Source of the DNA: Alphaproteobacteria bacterium
GTDB taxonomy: Bacteria; Pseudomonadota; Alphaproteobacteria; SHVV01
DNA length: 64,000 nt
NCBI GenBank assembly: GCA_965261735.1
Contig: OZ253470.1
Coordinates: 1,536,001-1,600,000 of the forward strand
Direction of reading: 5' to 3'
Shown: piece after piece, positions 10,796 through 20,351 of the stretch
Layout of the letters: each line of letters starts with the position of its first letter
Position numbering within the stretch: the first letter of the stretch is position 1
Position numbers and translations under genes: made by a program
The notes under the pieces: generated by a model
What the model was told of the DNA's origin: nothing
Seen by the model: the letters and a program-made list of their open reading frames with translations, nothing else
Databases searched by the model: none

Positions 10796-11561
10796 TCGCG
10801 CCGCCCTCGCTCGACTGGCTCTACTACCTGCGCGAGGCGAGGGACGGCGCAGCTTAAGGCCGTCGCCGTTCGCGTAGCTGCGGCATCCTGAGGAAGCGCT
10901 CCACGTCAGCCTCGGTAGGTTTTCCCCTGATTGTCTTGCAGTAGTAGCAGCCCGACTGCGGTTCATCCGTCACCACAACCACCTTGGAATCATGTCCTCG
11001 ATATTCAATCCACAGGGTGGCCGAACGCATCCCTGTTACCGCAACCATGAATTCAGCTGCGGCGAGCGAGGCAATGACGCCGTTCGCGGGTGAGACTGAT
11101 GGACCTGTCTGCACAAGCGCTTCCTTGGCAACCCCGTAAGTTGAGGCCCTTGCGGCCTGCTCCGCATCGGCCTCAAGGTAGTTAGGGACATCGTTCTGAT
11201 CTAGAAGTTCGAGGCATTGAAGGCAGGCGGCCCCGTCAGATACCAGGCAGACCCTACCACCGTAGACACCCGACTCGGGGACATCAGAAGCGAGGTCGAT
11301 GAGCGGCCTTGCGTAGGCGACGCAGAGCTCATTTAGAATGGCCCTCGGACCGTCTTCGTCAAGGCATCCAAATACCCAGTCCGCAGCTTTGACTGCGGCA
11401 AACGCTTCTTCGCTGACTAGGCTGGATTTGATTTCGAGGGCGTCAATCTCAGGATTGATTTCCCGGATCATCCCCGCTGCGATTGACACTTTGGCGCTTC
11501 CCGGCACCTGATCGTCGTATCGGGCGCCGACGAACCGTGTGTGGACGCCCCCGTTGATGCA

Positions 11562-11804
11562 AGCAGTTTTTGGTCGGCTCGGTGCATGCGGTCAGGTGCT
11601 GTCGTGTGTCCGGCCTCTCTATGCGGCAGATGACACGCCGCGGGCCCGTATGGAGATACGCGGATTGGGTCCAAATCGGTTACGCGAGCTTGAAAGCTCT
11701 CCGTTCGGATGCTGGTTTTCCCAACCCGGTCTCGTTGACCTTTGCCCTTACCTGTCCTCCGTCCTGCCCACATCCCCGACGGCTTCCCGCACTTCGCCGT
11801 TCTC
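11562..11804 (-). ncRNA. Putative bridge/seek RNA, copy 2; ends approximate
   Basis: Same right-end sequence as copy 1; putative guide segments unchanged. Confidence 0.7.
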
Positions 11805-12827
11805 TCAGGCGGTGGCGGGAGCCCGGTAGCTCTTCTTCTTCGTCAGTAGCGCCCAGACGATGCGCGCCATCCTGTTGGCCAGCGCCACCGCGACGAGCAT
11901 CCTCGGCTTGCGCGCCAGCATCCCGGCCAGCCAGGGGTCCGTCGTCACGCCGCGCCGAACCGCCCAGCGGACCACAGTCATCGCGCCTGTGATCAGCAGC
12001 CGTCTCAGATCGCGCTGGCCCATCTTCGATATCTTGCCCAGCTTCGGCTTGCCGCCGGTCGTGTGCTGGCGCGGCACGAGGCCGAGCCAAGCGGAGAAGT
12101 CGCGGCCGCGCCGGAAACTCTCCATCGGCGGTGCGAAGGCCTGGATTGCCATCGCGCTGATCGGCCCGATCCCCGGCACGCTCATCAGGCGCCTCGCCTC
12201 CTCATCCTGCCGTGCTCTCACGTGGACCTCCCTCTCCAGGCCCGCAATCTTCGCATCGAGGCCGGCGATCTGCTCAAGCAGAAGGCCGGCCAGCTCGCGG
12301 ACCGCTTCCGGCAACCTCGAAGCCGGTCCCTCAAGCGCCGAGGCCAGCCGGCCGACATGAGCCGGCCCCTGCGGGGCAATGACACCGAACTCCGCCAGAT
12401 GGCCGCGCAGCGCATTAATCGTCTGGGTGCGCTGGCGCACCAGAAGATCGCGCGTCCGGAACAGCATGCCCCGAGCCTGCTGTTCCTCCGTCTTCACAGC
12501 CACAAAGCGCATGGTCGGCCGCGACGACGCCTCGCAGATCGCCTCCGCATCCGACGCGTCGTTCTTTTGCCGCTTGACGTACGCTTTGACGTAGATCGGT
12601 GGGACCAGTCGCACCGCATGGCCGAGACTGCCGATCTCCCGGCCCCAATGGTGCGCGCCGCCGCACGCCTCCATCGCCACCGTGCAGCGTGGCTGCGCAG
12701 CCACAAAGTCCAACAGCTTCGCCCGGCTCAGCTTCTTGCGGAACGCAACCAACCCATCCGCCCGCGCACCGTGCAGCTGAAAGCTGTTCTTCGCCAGATC
12801 GATCCCGATCATGTGAACCTGTTCCAT
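11805..12827 (-). CDS. IS110 family DEDD recombinase/transposase
   Basis: 340 aa, two substitutions relative to copy 1. Confidence 0.95.
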   Translation of the reverse strand: MEQVHMIGIDLAKNSFQLHGARADGLVAFRKKLSRAKLLDFVAAQPRCTVAMEACGGAHHWGREIGSLGHAVRLVPPIYVKAYVKRQKNDASDAEAICEASSRPTMRFVAVKTEEQQARGMLFRTRDLLVRQRTQTINALRGHLAEFGVIAPQGPAHVGRLASALEGPASRLPEAVRELAGLLLEQIAGLDAKIAGLEREVHVRARQDEEARRLMSVPGIGPISAMAIQAFAPPMESFRRGRDFSAWLGLVPRQHTTGGKPKLGKISKMGQRDLRRLLITGAMTVVRWAVRRGVTTDPWLAGMLARKPRMLVAVALANRMARIVWALLTKKKSYRAPATA

Positions 12828-13168
12828 GGACGCCCCCTTCCTCGCTTGGCGTTAACAACACCGCCAACCTGGCACATCGCGATGCCGTCGGGAGGGGCGT
12901 CCACCCCATCGGTTGCGGCTCGTCTCATCCAGTTCGTCATCATCGATCAGCGCTGCTTCACCAATGCCGAGCAGCGCTAGGTGTTGCACCAGCGGACTCC
13001 CCAGGCCCCCGACGCCCACGACGGCCACCTTTGTTTGCCGTATCTTCCGCTGCCCTTCATTGCCAAACAGCCGAGCGTTACGATCGTAACGCTCGGGCAA
13101 AGGGGTCATCCCCAACCCTCAAGAGAGTTGTTTCTCGCCTATCCGGTTTACACCCACACCCACTAGGG

Positions 13169-14278
13169 CTAGTGGATTGATTCCAACGTTTGGAACCCTC
13201 TGTTTCGTGCGGCGATGATATGATCGGGGTCGTCTTTCCAGATGAAGGGTTTTGGGTTTGCGTCATTGTATTCGCGGACAAATCGGTTGATGGGGGCCTG
13301 AAGGTCGACGACGGATTGGAAGACGCCGTATTTGAGCCTGCGCCGCGTTAGTTTGGCGAAGAAGCCCTCGACGGCATTGAGCCACGAGCACGAGGTTGGC
13401 GTGAAGTGGAAGGTCCAGCGTGGATGGCGGGCGAGCCAGGCGCGGACCTTGTCCTTCTTGTGCGCGGCGTAGTTGTCGAGGATGACGTGGACGGCCTTGT
13501 CCGTCGGCACCTCGCGCTCGATGCGGTTGAGGAAGCGGATGAACTCCTGATGGCGGTGGCGCTGCATGTTCTGTGCGATGACCGTACCGTCCAGCACGTT
13601 GAGCGCGGCGAACAGCGTCGTCGTGCCATGCCGTTTGTAATCATAGGTCATCGTACCGGCGCGGCCCTTCTTCATCGGCAAGCCGGGTTGGGTGCGGTCG
13701 AGCGCCTGGATCTGTGATTTCTCATCAACCGACAGCACCACGGCATGGGCCGGCGGATCGACATACAAGCCGACGATATCTGTGAGCTTCTCGGCGAAGG
13801 CGGGATCATTGGAGAGCTTGAAGTGCCGCCAGCGGTGCGGGCTGAGGCCATGGGCCTTCCAGATCGCTTGGACCGTCGACGCCGCGACGCCAGCAACCTT
13901 CGCCATCGCGCGCAGCGTCCAGTGGGTCGCCTCGTGCGGCGGCGCTTGCTGGGTCAGGCGGACGATCTCGGCGACGCGCTCCGGCGGGATCGGCGCTTTG
14001 CCAGGCGGACGGGACCTGTCGCGAAGCAAGCCGTTGACACCCTCGTGCATGAACCGCTCCTGCCAGCGCCAGACACAGGTCTTGGACTTGCCGGTCTCGG
14101 CCATGATCGACGAGTTCCCGAGCCCCTCGTCGCTCTTCAGGATGATCCGCGCCCGCCAGACATGTTTCTGCGAGCTCTTCGGGTCCGCGACGATAGCTTG
14201 CAATCGCTGACGGTCGCCAGACGTGACAGTAAAATGGATGCCGGTGCGCATAGCACAGACTCGCATGACACCGCACAA
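13169..14278 (-). CDS. IS630 family transposase
   Basis: SVDEKSQIQALDR, YKRHGTTTLFAAL, ILDNYAAH, SWLNAVEGFF; start codon uncertain. Confidence 0.93.
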   Translation of the reverse strand: MCGVMRVCAMRTGIHFTVTSGDRQRLQAIVADPKSSQKHVWRARIILKSDEGLGNSSIMAETGKSKTCVWRWQERFMHEGVNGLLRDRSRPPGKAPIPPERVAEIVRLTQQAPPHEATHWTLRAMAKVAGVAASTVQAIWKAHGLSPHRWRHFKLSNDPAFAEKLTDIVGLYVDPPAHAVVLSVDEKSQIQALDRTQPGLPMKKGRAGTMTYDYKRHGTTTLFAALNVLDGTVIAQNMQRHRHQEFIRFLNRIEREVPTDKAVHVILDNYAAHKKDKVRAWLARHPRWTFHFTPTSCSWLNAVEGFFAKLTRRRLKYGVFQSVVDLQAPINRFVREYNDANPKPFIWKDDPDHIIAARNRGFQTLESIH

Positions 14279-14320
14279 TACGGAATCTCAAATCGGACTC
14301 TTTCGTTCCGATCAATCCAC
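13172..14320 (-). mobile_element. IS630 family element
   Basis: IRs GTGGATTGAT / ATCAATCCAC; TA duplicated within a CTAG of the IS1595 left end. Confidence 0.92.
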
Positions 14321-14356
14321 TAGAATGGGCACAACCCGGATATAGGGGAGCGCGCC

Positions 14357-15376
14357 ATGGATGTTCTCGACCGCGCCGATCTCCCATTCCCGCATTCGCT
14401 ACCCGAGTTCCAGCGACTTTTCCCCGATGATGCGGCCTGCGCCGCCTACCTGGAGAAAGCCCGCTGGGGAGACGGCTTTGCCTGCCCGCACTGCGGCACG
14501 GCGGGAGAGCCGTTCCACTTTGAAAACCGCCCTGGCGTCCTGCGCTGCCGCAAGTGCCGCCAGAACACCGGGCTGACGGTGGGAACAGTGATGGAGCGTA
14601 GCCACACTCCGCTGAACGTCTGGTTCTGGGCCGCTTATCTGGTCGCCAGTCAGACGCCCGGCATGTCCGCCGTGCAGTTTCAGCGGCAACTTGGTCTTTC
14701 GCGCTACGAGACGGCCTTTCAAATTCTCCACAAGCTCCGCTCGGGCATGGTGCGGCCCAACCAAGACAGGATCGGTGGACAGCCCAAGAACCATGTTGAG
14801 GTGGACGAAACCTGGGTTGGCGGGCGAACGCGTGGGGAAGGCCGTGGTGTTCACCACAAGGTTCCCGTCTCCTGTGCCATCGAGGTGCGTCATCGAAAGC
14901 CGGGCACCAAGCTCGACAACCGGAAAGACGGACGCTATGCCGGACGCGTTCGGCTCGCCGTCGTGCTCGACCGTAGCGCCGAGTCGCTCTGTGGGTTCGT
15001 CGAGAGCACCGTCGCGCCGCGATCGCTGATCGTTACTGACGATTGGAGCGGCTATGCTGGCCTCGGTAAGCGCGGCTATGAGCACTTCGCTGTTGCCGAG
15101 TGTGGTGATCCAGAGGTTGCCGAGCAATACCTGCCGATCATCCATCTGGTTTTCGCCAACCTGAAGACGTGGCTGATCGGTATCCACCACGGCGTTAGCC
15201 ACCAGCACCTACAAGCCTACCTCAACGAGTTCACCTTCCGCTTCAACAGGCGGTTCTACCCGTTCAACGCCTTCCGCTCATTGCTCGGCATCGCGGGCGA
15301 CACCTCTGCTCCAACCTATGCCGAGCTTTACTCGGGAGAGTGGCGGCACCCTACATGTAGCGGTCATGGGCGTTAA
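14357..15376 (+). CDS. IS1595 family transposase
   Basis: CPHC...CRKC zinc ribbon, VEVDETWVGG, VTDDWSGY, YLNEFTFRFNRR. Confidence 0.93.
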   Translation: MDVLDRADLPFPHSLPEFQRLFPDDAACAAYLEKARWGDGFACPHCGTAGEPFHFENRPGVLRCRKCRQNTGLTVGTVMERSHTPLNVWFWAAYLVASQTPGMSAVQFQRQLGLSRYETAFQILHKLRSGMVRPNQDRIGGQPKNHVEVDETWVGGRTRGEGRGVHHKVPVSCAIEVRHRKPGTKLDNRKDGRYAGRVRLAVVLDRSAESLCGFVESTVAPRSLIVTDDWSGYAGLGKRGYEHFAVAECGDPEVAEQYLPIIHLVFANLKTWLIGIHHGVSHQHLQAYLNEFTFRFNRRFYPFNAFRSLLGIAGDTSAPTYAELYSGEWRHPTCSGHGR

Positions 15377-15748
15377 CCGGATAGGCAAGAGTTGTTGGTC
15401 GGTTGCAACATGCGATCGCCAGCTTTCAAAGTATCAAGCGCTCGGGGTAGCGTCGCGTTATCGAGCCACAGCAGGGCATCGAATCCAGAGGGCGAGACAA
15501 CGATGGCCAGGTAGGGCCGCCTATTCAAACGCCACCACATGTGTGGCACGGTCTCGCTGAGGCCCATTCGGTCGGCGTATGAGAATGCGGCCGGCCACGG
15601 AGCGGGGTGCGAGTGCATCTCGACAAGCGAGGCCTCGAGATCGTGCGCGCGCTTTATTAGGGCAGCGCGTGTCCCGTCTGCCATCTCAAGATAATCGCTT
15701 TCCTAAGCCACCATTATTTCAAGTCCTTGCGTTGTAGCCAACCGGCCA

Positions 15749-17605
15749 CTACTCCGCAGCCCGCGGCTCGTCCGCTTCGTCGTCGGCGTAGATGCGCACC
15801 TTGCGATGGAGGCGCCGGGCAATCGTCGCGGTCTGGTGGTGGGCGCGCGGCGTTGGCGCATGGGCGGCGAGGAAGCGGGCGAGTGCGATCAGGATGTGAT
15901 GGCCCTCGACGCCGTCCCACTCACGATACTGGGCCAGCGCCGCCTCGTAGTTCTGGAAGGTGTGGAAGCCCGCGTCCTCACGCAGCAGAGCGTGGCCGAG
16001 CGTGGCGATGAGCGGCGCCGGGTCGTGGCCGAGGCCGAGATAGCGCACGACCAGTTGCGCCGCCGGCTCGACCTGCTGCTGGCGGTCCATCGCCTCGAGC
16101 AGGCGCGCCCGCAGCACCGGCGCCTCTCGCGGCAGGGCGTCGAGTGCGCCCTCGCCCGGCAGGCGCGCCGGCGGGATGTTGAGAAAGCGATCGAGATAAA
16201 CCGTCATGGCCCCGTGATAAACGCCGCGCACGCCGTCGACGTAAGCTTCCGGCGCATCGTGGGTGACGCGCTTCAGCAGCTGATGCAGCGCGTTGCAGTA
16301 GGTGAAGCTGTGGTGGGCGCTGTTCCAGTCCGAGAACTCGTTCGCGGTGCCGAAATGGGCGAGCCTCAGCGCCGCCGCGTAAGCGAGGGCGCGCGACAGG
16401 TCGACGGGCCGCGCGCCCGCAGCCACCGCATCGCCGAGCGCCGCAGCGATGCTCGCCGGCTCCCCGTCGAGCAGCTCATGGGCGAGCGCCGTTGCCCCGC
16501 GCCACGCGCCCTTGCGCGCCTTGGCGCGGCCCCGCTTGATGAGCGCCGGCAGGCTCGCGAACGCCTCTTCGAGCAGCGGCACGAGGTCGATCGGGTGGCG
16601 CCACGCGTTCGCCTCCTCACGCCCACGCGCGCCGACCATCTGCTCGATGATCCCCGGCAGCACGGCGCCGGCGTGCTGCCAGCCGACGTGATCGAGAGCC
16701 TCCATCGCCTTGTTGATGAAGTCCAGCGCGTGCCCGCCGTCCGCGTAGTAGCGGTCCGTCACGGCGCTCAGCAGGAGGTCGGCGAGCGCCGGCGGCGAGG
16801 CGCCGTTGGCGATGGCGGTGAGCAGCGTGCGCTCGGCGCCGTCGCGGTGGCGCACCAGCGTCCATTGGCGGAGCCAGCGTTTGAGGGTCTCCAGCGGCAC
16901 GCCGGGGTGGCCGAGCGGTGCGCGCTCGCGCCGGGCGGCCGCGCCCTCGCAATCCTCCGCGACCTCGCGGATGCCGTGGAAGTAGGCGAGGTAGCGGTCC
17001 TCATCGTCGAGGTCGGGGAGCACGTTGGCGAGGGCCGCGAGGATGGTCATGCCGCTACCCCAGTCGTCGCGGTTGCGGGCGCCGAACAGGAAGGCGTCGG
17101 CGAGCATGCCGGTGCCGTCGCCGCCCTCGGCGCCGTCTTCGAGGAGCCCGAGGATCGCCTTGCCCGCGACCAATCCGAGATTGTGCGCCATCGCCTCGCC
17201 CAGGCGGCGGCGCCAGTGCCCCGCCTCGTCCGCGTAGCCGCAATCGGCGGCCACCCACACCGTATCGCCGCGGATCTCGGCCCGGCCCATCGGTACGTCA
17301 TCGGCCCAGAGGTTGAACGTGCCGCCGCTCTCGAGGTCGAAGCGCGCGTGGTGCCAGTGGCAGGTGAGAATGCCGTCTTCTACGCTGCCGCGATGTAGCG
17401 GGAAGCCGAGGTGCGGGCAGCGGTTGTCGAGCGCGTGCACGCGGCCGCCCTCATAGAGCACCAGGATGGGGCAGCGCCGGCCGGCGACCACCATCATGCG
17501 CTTTCGCTTGAGCGTCTCGAGCCGGCCGACGCGGATGTAGTCCCCTTTTGTGCCGCGCGCCGTCTTTCCTCGCGTCGTCATGATTTCGCTCTCCGCCTCA
17601 ACCAC
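15749..17605 (-). CDS. Rieske 2Fe-2S ferredoxin domain protein with long helical C-terminal region
   Basis: NRCPHLGFPL...TCHWHHARF Rieske motif; remainder not recognised; start uncertain. Confidence 0.75.
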   Translation of the reverse strand: MVEAESEIMTTRGKTARGTKGDYIRVGRLETLKRKRMMVVAGRRCPILVLYEGGRVHALDNRCPHLGFPLHRGSVEDGILTCHWHHARFDLESGGTFNLWADDVPMGRAEIRGDTVWVAADCGYADEAGHWRRRLGEAMAHNLGLVAGKAILGLLEDGAEGGDGTGMLADAFLFGARNRDDWGSGMTILAALANVLPDLDDEDRYLAYFHGIREVAEDCEGAAARRERAPLGHPGVPLETLKRWLRQWTLVRHRDGAERTLLTAIANGASPPALADLLLSAVTDRYYADGGHALDFINKAMEALDHVGWQHAGAVLPGIIEQMVGARGREEANAWRHPIDLVPLLEEAFASLPALIKRGRAKARKGAWRGATALAHELLDGEPASIAAALGDAVAAGARPVDLSRALAYAAALRLAHFGTANEFSDWNSAHHSFTYCNALHQLLKRVTHDAPEAYVDGVRGVYHGAMTVYLDRFLNIPPARLPGEGALDALPREAPVLRARLLEAMDRQQQVEPAAQLVVRYLGLGHDPAPLIATLGHALLREDAGFHTFQNYEAALAQYREWDGVEGHHILIALARFLAAHAPTPRAHHQTATIARRLHRKVRIYADDEADEPRAAE

Positions 17606-18575
17606 CGACGGTCAGTACCACCTTACCCGTCGAGCGCCGCGCGAGCAGGAGATTCATCGCCTCGGCCGCCTGCGCCAGGGGGAGGCGCTGGGAGATGTGC
17701 GGCTTGATGGTTCCGGCTTGCGCCCAGTCGAGGAGAACGGCCAGTGCGCGCCGCATCCTGTCGGGGTCGTGGTCGGCATAATGGCCCCACGGACAACCGA
17801 TGACCGAGACGTTCTTGACGAGCACGATGTTGGCCGGCGCCTGGGGGATGCGGCCGCTGGCAAATCCGATCACCAGGAGCCGGCCCTCCCAATTGATACA
17901 GCGCAGCGCCGCGTCGAACATATCGCCGCCGACGGGATCGTAGATGACGTCGGCGCCGCGCCCGCCGGTCAGCTCCTTGACGCGGGCGCGCAGGTCCTCG
18001 CTGCGGTAGTCGATGACGTGGTCGGCGCCGTGCGCCGCAGCGACGCCGAGCTTTTCCGCGCTGCCCGCCGCGGCGATCACGGTGGCGCCGAGGGCCTTGC
18101 CGATCTCGACCGCGGTCAGGCCGACGCCGCCGGCGGCACCGAGGACGAGCAGGGTTTCGCCGGCTTCGAGGCGCGCGCGATGGGTGAGCGCGAGGTAGGA
18201 CGTGCCGTAAGCGATGGGAAAGCCAGCCGCCGTCTCGTCGTCCATGCCCGGTGGCAGCGGCACGACGAGCGCAGCCGGCGCCAGCGCCTCCTCGGCATAG
18301 CCGCCCCAGCGCAGCTGGGCCATCACACGCTGGCCGGCATCGAAGCCCGCGCGCTCGCCGCTAGCCACCACCTCGCCGGCAACCTCGAGGCCGGGGCTGA
18401 AGGGGAGCGACGGCTTGACCTGATACTGTCCGGCGATCATCAGCGTGTCGGCGAAGTTCACGCCCGCGGCGCGGACCCTGATCTTGACCTCGTCCGCGCC
18501 CGGCTCGGGCGCCGCCATCTCCTCGACCGTGAGCGCCTCGGGGCCGCCCCATGCCTTGCACACGACGGCCTTCAT
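17598..18575 (-). CDS. NADPH:quinone oxidoreductase (zeta-crystallin-like MDR)
   Basis: AAGVNFAD, PGLEVAG, LGAAGGVG, YDPVGG, STGKVVL. Confidence 0.92.
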   Translation of the reverse strand: MKAVVCKAWGGPEALTVEEMAAPEPGADEVKIRVRAAGVNFADTLMIAGQYQVKPSLPFSPGLEVAGEVVASGERAGFDAGQRVMAQLRWGGYAEEALAPAALVVPLPPGMDDETAAGFPIAYGTSYLALTHRARLEAGETLLVLGAAGGVGLTAVEIGKALGATVIAAAGSAEKLGVAAAHGADHVIDYRSEDLRARVKELTGGRGADVIYDPVGGDMFDAALRCINWEGRLLVIGFASGRIPQAPANIVLVKNVSVIGCPWGHYADHDPDRMRRALAVLLDWAQAGTIKPHISQRLPLAQAAEAMNLLLARRSTGKVVLTVGG

Positions 18576-19600
18576 GACGCCGCCGCGTCCCGTCCCGGGT
18601 CCGCGGCCCTGATTGCGCCCGTGGTGACGCCGCGCCAGTTGCGCACCGGAGTCTCGATGAGCGCGGCAAGACGCGCGGCTTCGGCCTCATCGAGTGCGCC
18701 GATCTCGAGCAGCGTCGCCGACATGGCGATCTCGGCCGCGCGCCGGGCGCCGTCATCGACCTTGAGGACGACGCCGAGCCCGAGACCGCTCACGATCGCC
18801 GCCATCACGCCCTCGGCACCGGTCTTGACCAGCACCCGCCCGCCGGTGGCGGCGATCACCTCGCTGCAGTAGCGCCCGCTGCCGGCGACGAGATAAGGGT
18901 GGGCCGCCATGGCCGCGGTGATTCGGCGCGCGGCGGCGGCGCGGGCCGGCGCCAGGCCGGCGGGATCGGCTAGCTGGGCCAGCGCCCGCGCGAGGTTGCG
19001 CAGCGGCACCGCGATCGTCGGTATGGAGCAGCCATCGGTGGCGCGCGGCGCGCCCTCGAGATCGAGCGCCGCGAGCTCACCCACGATGTCGCGCAGGCGG
19101 CGCTGCGCCGGGTGCTCGGGCGCGACGTAGTCGGCCACCGGCTCGCCCAGGTGCAGCGCCGTCGTCAGCAGGGCGAGATGCTTGCCCGAGCAGTTGTTGT
19201 GGAGCGGCCCCGGCGCCACTCCGGCCTGCACGAGCGCGCGCGCCGACGCGCCGTGCATGGGCCGGTGAGCGCCGCATGCGAGATCGCCCTCGGTGAGGCC
19301 GAGGCGGTCGAGCCATGCCTCGCCGAGGCGGACGTGGTCGGGCTCGCCGCTGTGCGAGGCCGAGGCGAGCGCGATCTCCTCCTCACTCACCGAGAAGGCC
19401 GCCGCGGCCCCGGTCTCGATGAGCGCCAGCGCCTGGAGCGGCTTGATCGCCGAGCGCGGGTACACCGGCGCCTCGATATCGCCACGGGCGGCACGCATCG
19501 CGCCCGCCGCATCGGCCACGGCCACCGCGGCCCTGTGACGGCTCTCGACGAGCGGCCCACGCCAGACCTCGACGGCGATGGGGTTGACGGCCTCAGCCAA
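18572..19600 (-). CDS. Asparaginase II (Rhizobium AnsA-type)
   Basis: VESRH, RSAIKPLQA, ASHSGE, NNCSGKH, DGCSIP, KTGAEG. Confidence 0.9.
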   Translation of the reverse strand: MAEAVNPIAVEVWRGPLVESRHRAAVAVADAAGAMRAARGDIEAPVYPRSAIKPLQALALIETGAAAAFSVSEEEIALASASHSGEPDHVRLGEAWLDRLGLTEGDLACGAHRPMHGASARALVQAGVAPGPLHNNCSGKHLALLTTALHLGEPVADYVAPEHPAQRRLRDIVGELAALDLEGAPRATDGCSIPTIAVPLRNLARALAQLADPAGLAPARAAAARRITAAMAAHPYLVAGSGRYCSEVIAATGGRVLVKTGAEGVMAAIVSGLGLGVVLKVDDGARRAAEIAMSATLLEIGALDEAEAARLAALIETPVRNWRGVTTGAIRAADPGRDAAAS

Positions 19601-19795
19601 CTCCGCCGTCCGCCGACATCGTTCGAATCATGGAGAGCATGCGAGAACACCCGCAGGCGATAGCCCTGGACACTCGCGGTTTTACCGCTTCGCCCATGCC
19701 GAGTCGATGGAGCTCGCCGGGAGCGCAGACGGCGCGGCCCGCGACCGTCGCCGAGGGGGGTGACAAGTGAGGCCGGCCGACGCTATGTATGGAGC

Positions 19796-20308
19796 ATGAA
19801 GCGCGCGCTCGGGTGGTTCACGGTTTTTGTCCTAGCCGTTTTCGCCCATGCCGGCGCGGCCCAGCAATCACCGAAGCTGATCGCGTCGTTTCATGACTGG
19901 GACACCTTCTCCTACGGGGCCGGCGGCGCCAAGATCTGCTATGCCGTAAGCGCGCCGCTCGACATGGAGCCCAAGAACGTACGCCGCGGCGACGTCTACT
20001 TCACCCTCACCTACCGCCCCGCCGGCAAGGTCAAGGACGAGGTCGGCATCGTCACCGGCTACACCTACAAGAAGGACAGCGCCGTGAAGATCGCGCTCGG
20101 CGGCCGGTCGTTCGACCTTTTTACCCAGGACGACGGCGCCTGGGTGCGCCAGCCGGCCGACGAAACCTCGCTCGTGCAGGCGATGGTCCGGGGCTCCGAC
20201 ATGGTCGTGCGCGGCACGTCGAGCCGCGGCACGCTGACCACCGACCGCTACTCGCTCCTCGGCTTCACCGCCGCGCGTAAGGCCATCGCGTCGGCCTGCG
20301 GCGGCTGA
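19796..20308 (+). CDS. Invasion-associated locus B (IalB) family periplasmic protein
   Basis: Signal peptide; KICY...[21 protein letters not shown]...C; typical position upstream of rlmN in Alphaproteobacteria. Confidence 0.8.
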   Translation: MKRALGWFTVFVLAVFAHAGAAQQSPKLIASFHDWDTFSYGAGGAKICYAVSAPLDMEPKNVRRGDVYFTLTYRPAGKVKDEVGIVTGYTYKKDSAVKIALGGRSFDLFTQDDGAWVRQPADETSLVQAMVRGSDMVVRGTSSRGTLTTDRYSLLGFTAARKAIASACGG

Positions 20309-20351
20309 GGCCGCCCTATCGCGTCATGGTGAATCGCGCTATGCAGGCGCC

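Larger units (their letters stand above)
11536..12909 (-). mobile_element. IS110 family (IS1111-type) element, copy 2
   Basis: Near-identical to 8443-9816 in inverted orientation; CG core at 11536-11537 and 12910-12911. Confidence 0.93.
10854..13109 (-). pseudogene. ThiF/E1-like adenylyltransferase interrupted by IS110
   Basis: RYDRN, VVGVGGLGS, DDDELDETSRNR|FVGA rejoin in frame without the IS; GCLD, CLQC and CYYC motifs. Confidence 0.85.
13134..15389 (+). mobile_element. IS1595 family element, copy 1, carrying a nested IS630
   Basis: Ends CTCGCCTATCCGGTT / AACCGGATAGGCAAG; flanks AGTTGTTT / AGTTGTTG (8-bp DR, one mismatch). Confidence 0.9.
13106..15702 (-). pseudogene. JAB/MPN-like metallopeptidase, 5'-truncated and interrupted by IS1595::IS630
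   Basis: ESDYLEMAD...VEMHSHPAPWPAAFSYAD (HxH...S..D); C-terminus PTNNS|LEGWG* rejoins without the IS; stop overlaps the ThiF start (ATGA 13106-13109). Confidence 0.7.

Noticed and set aside
15707-15730. GCCACCA-TTATTTCAAG as a tRNA-end att site bounding the JAB-E1 island
   Set aside because: Match is too short and has no T-arm; cannot be told apart from chance.
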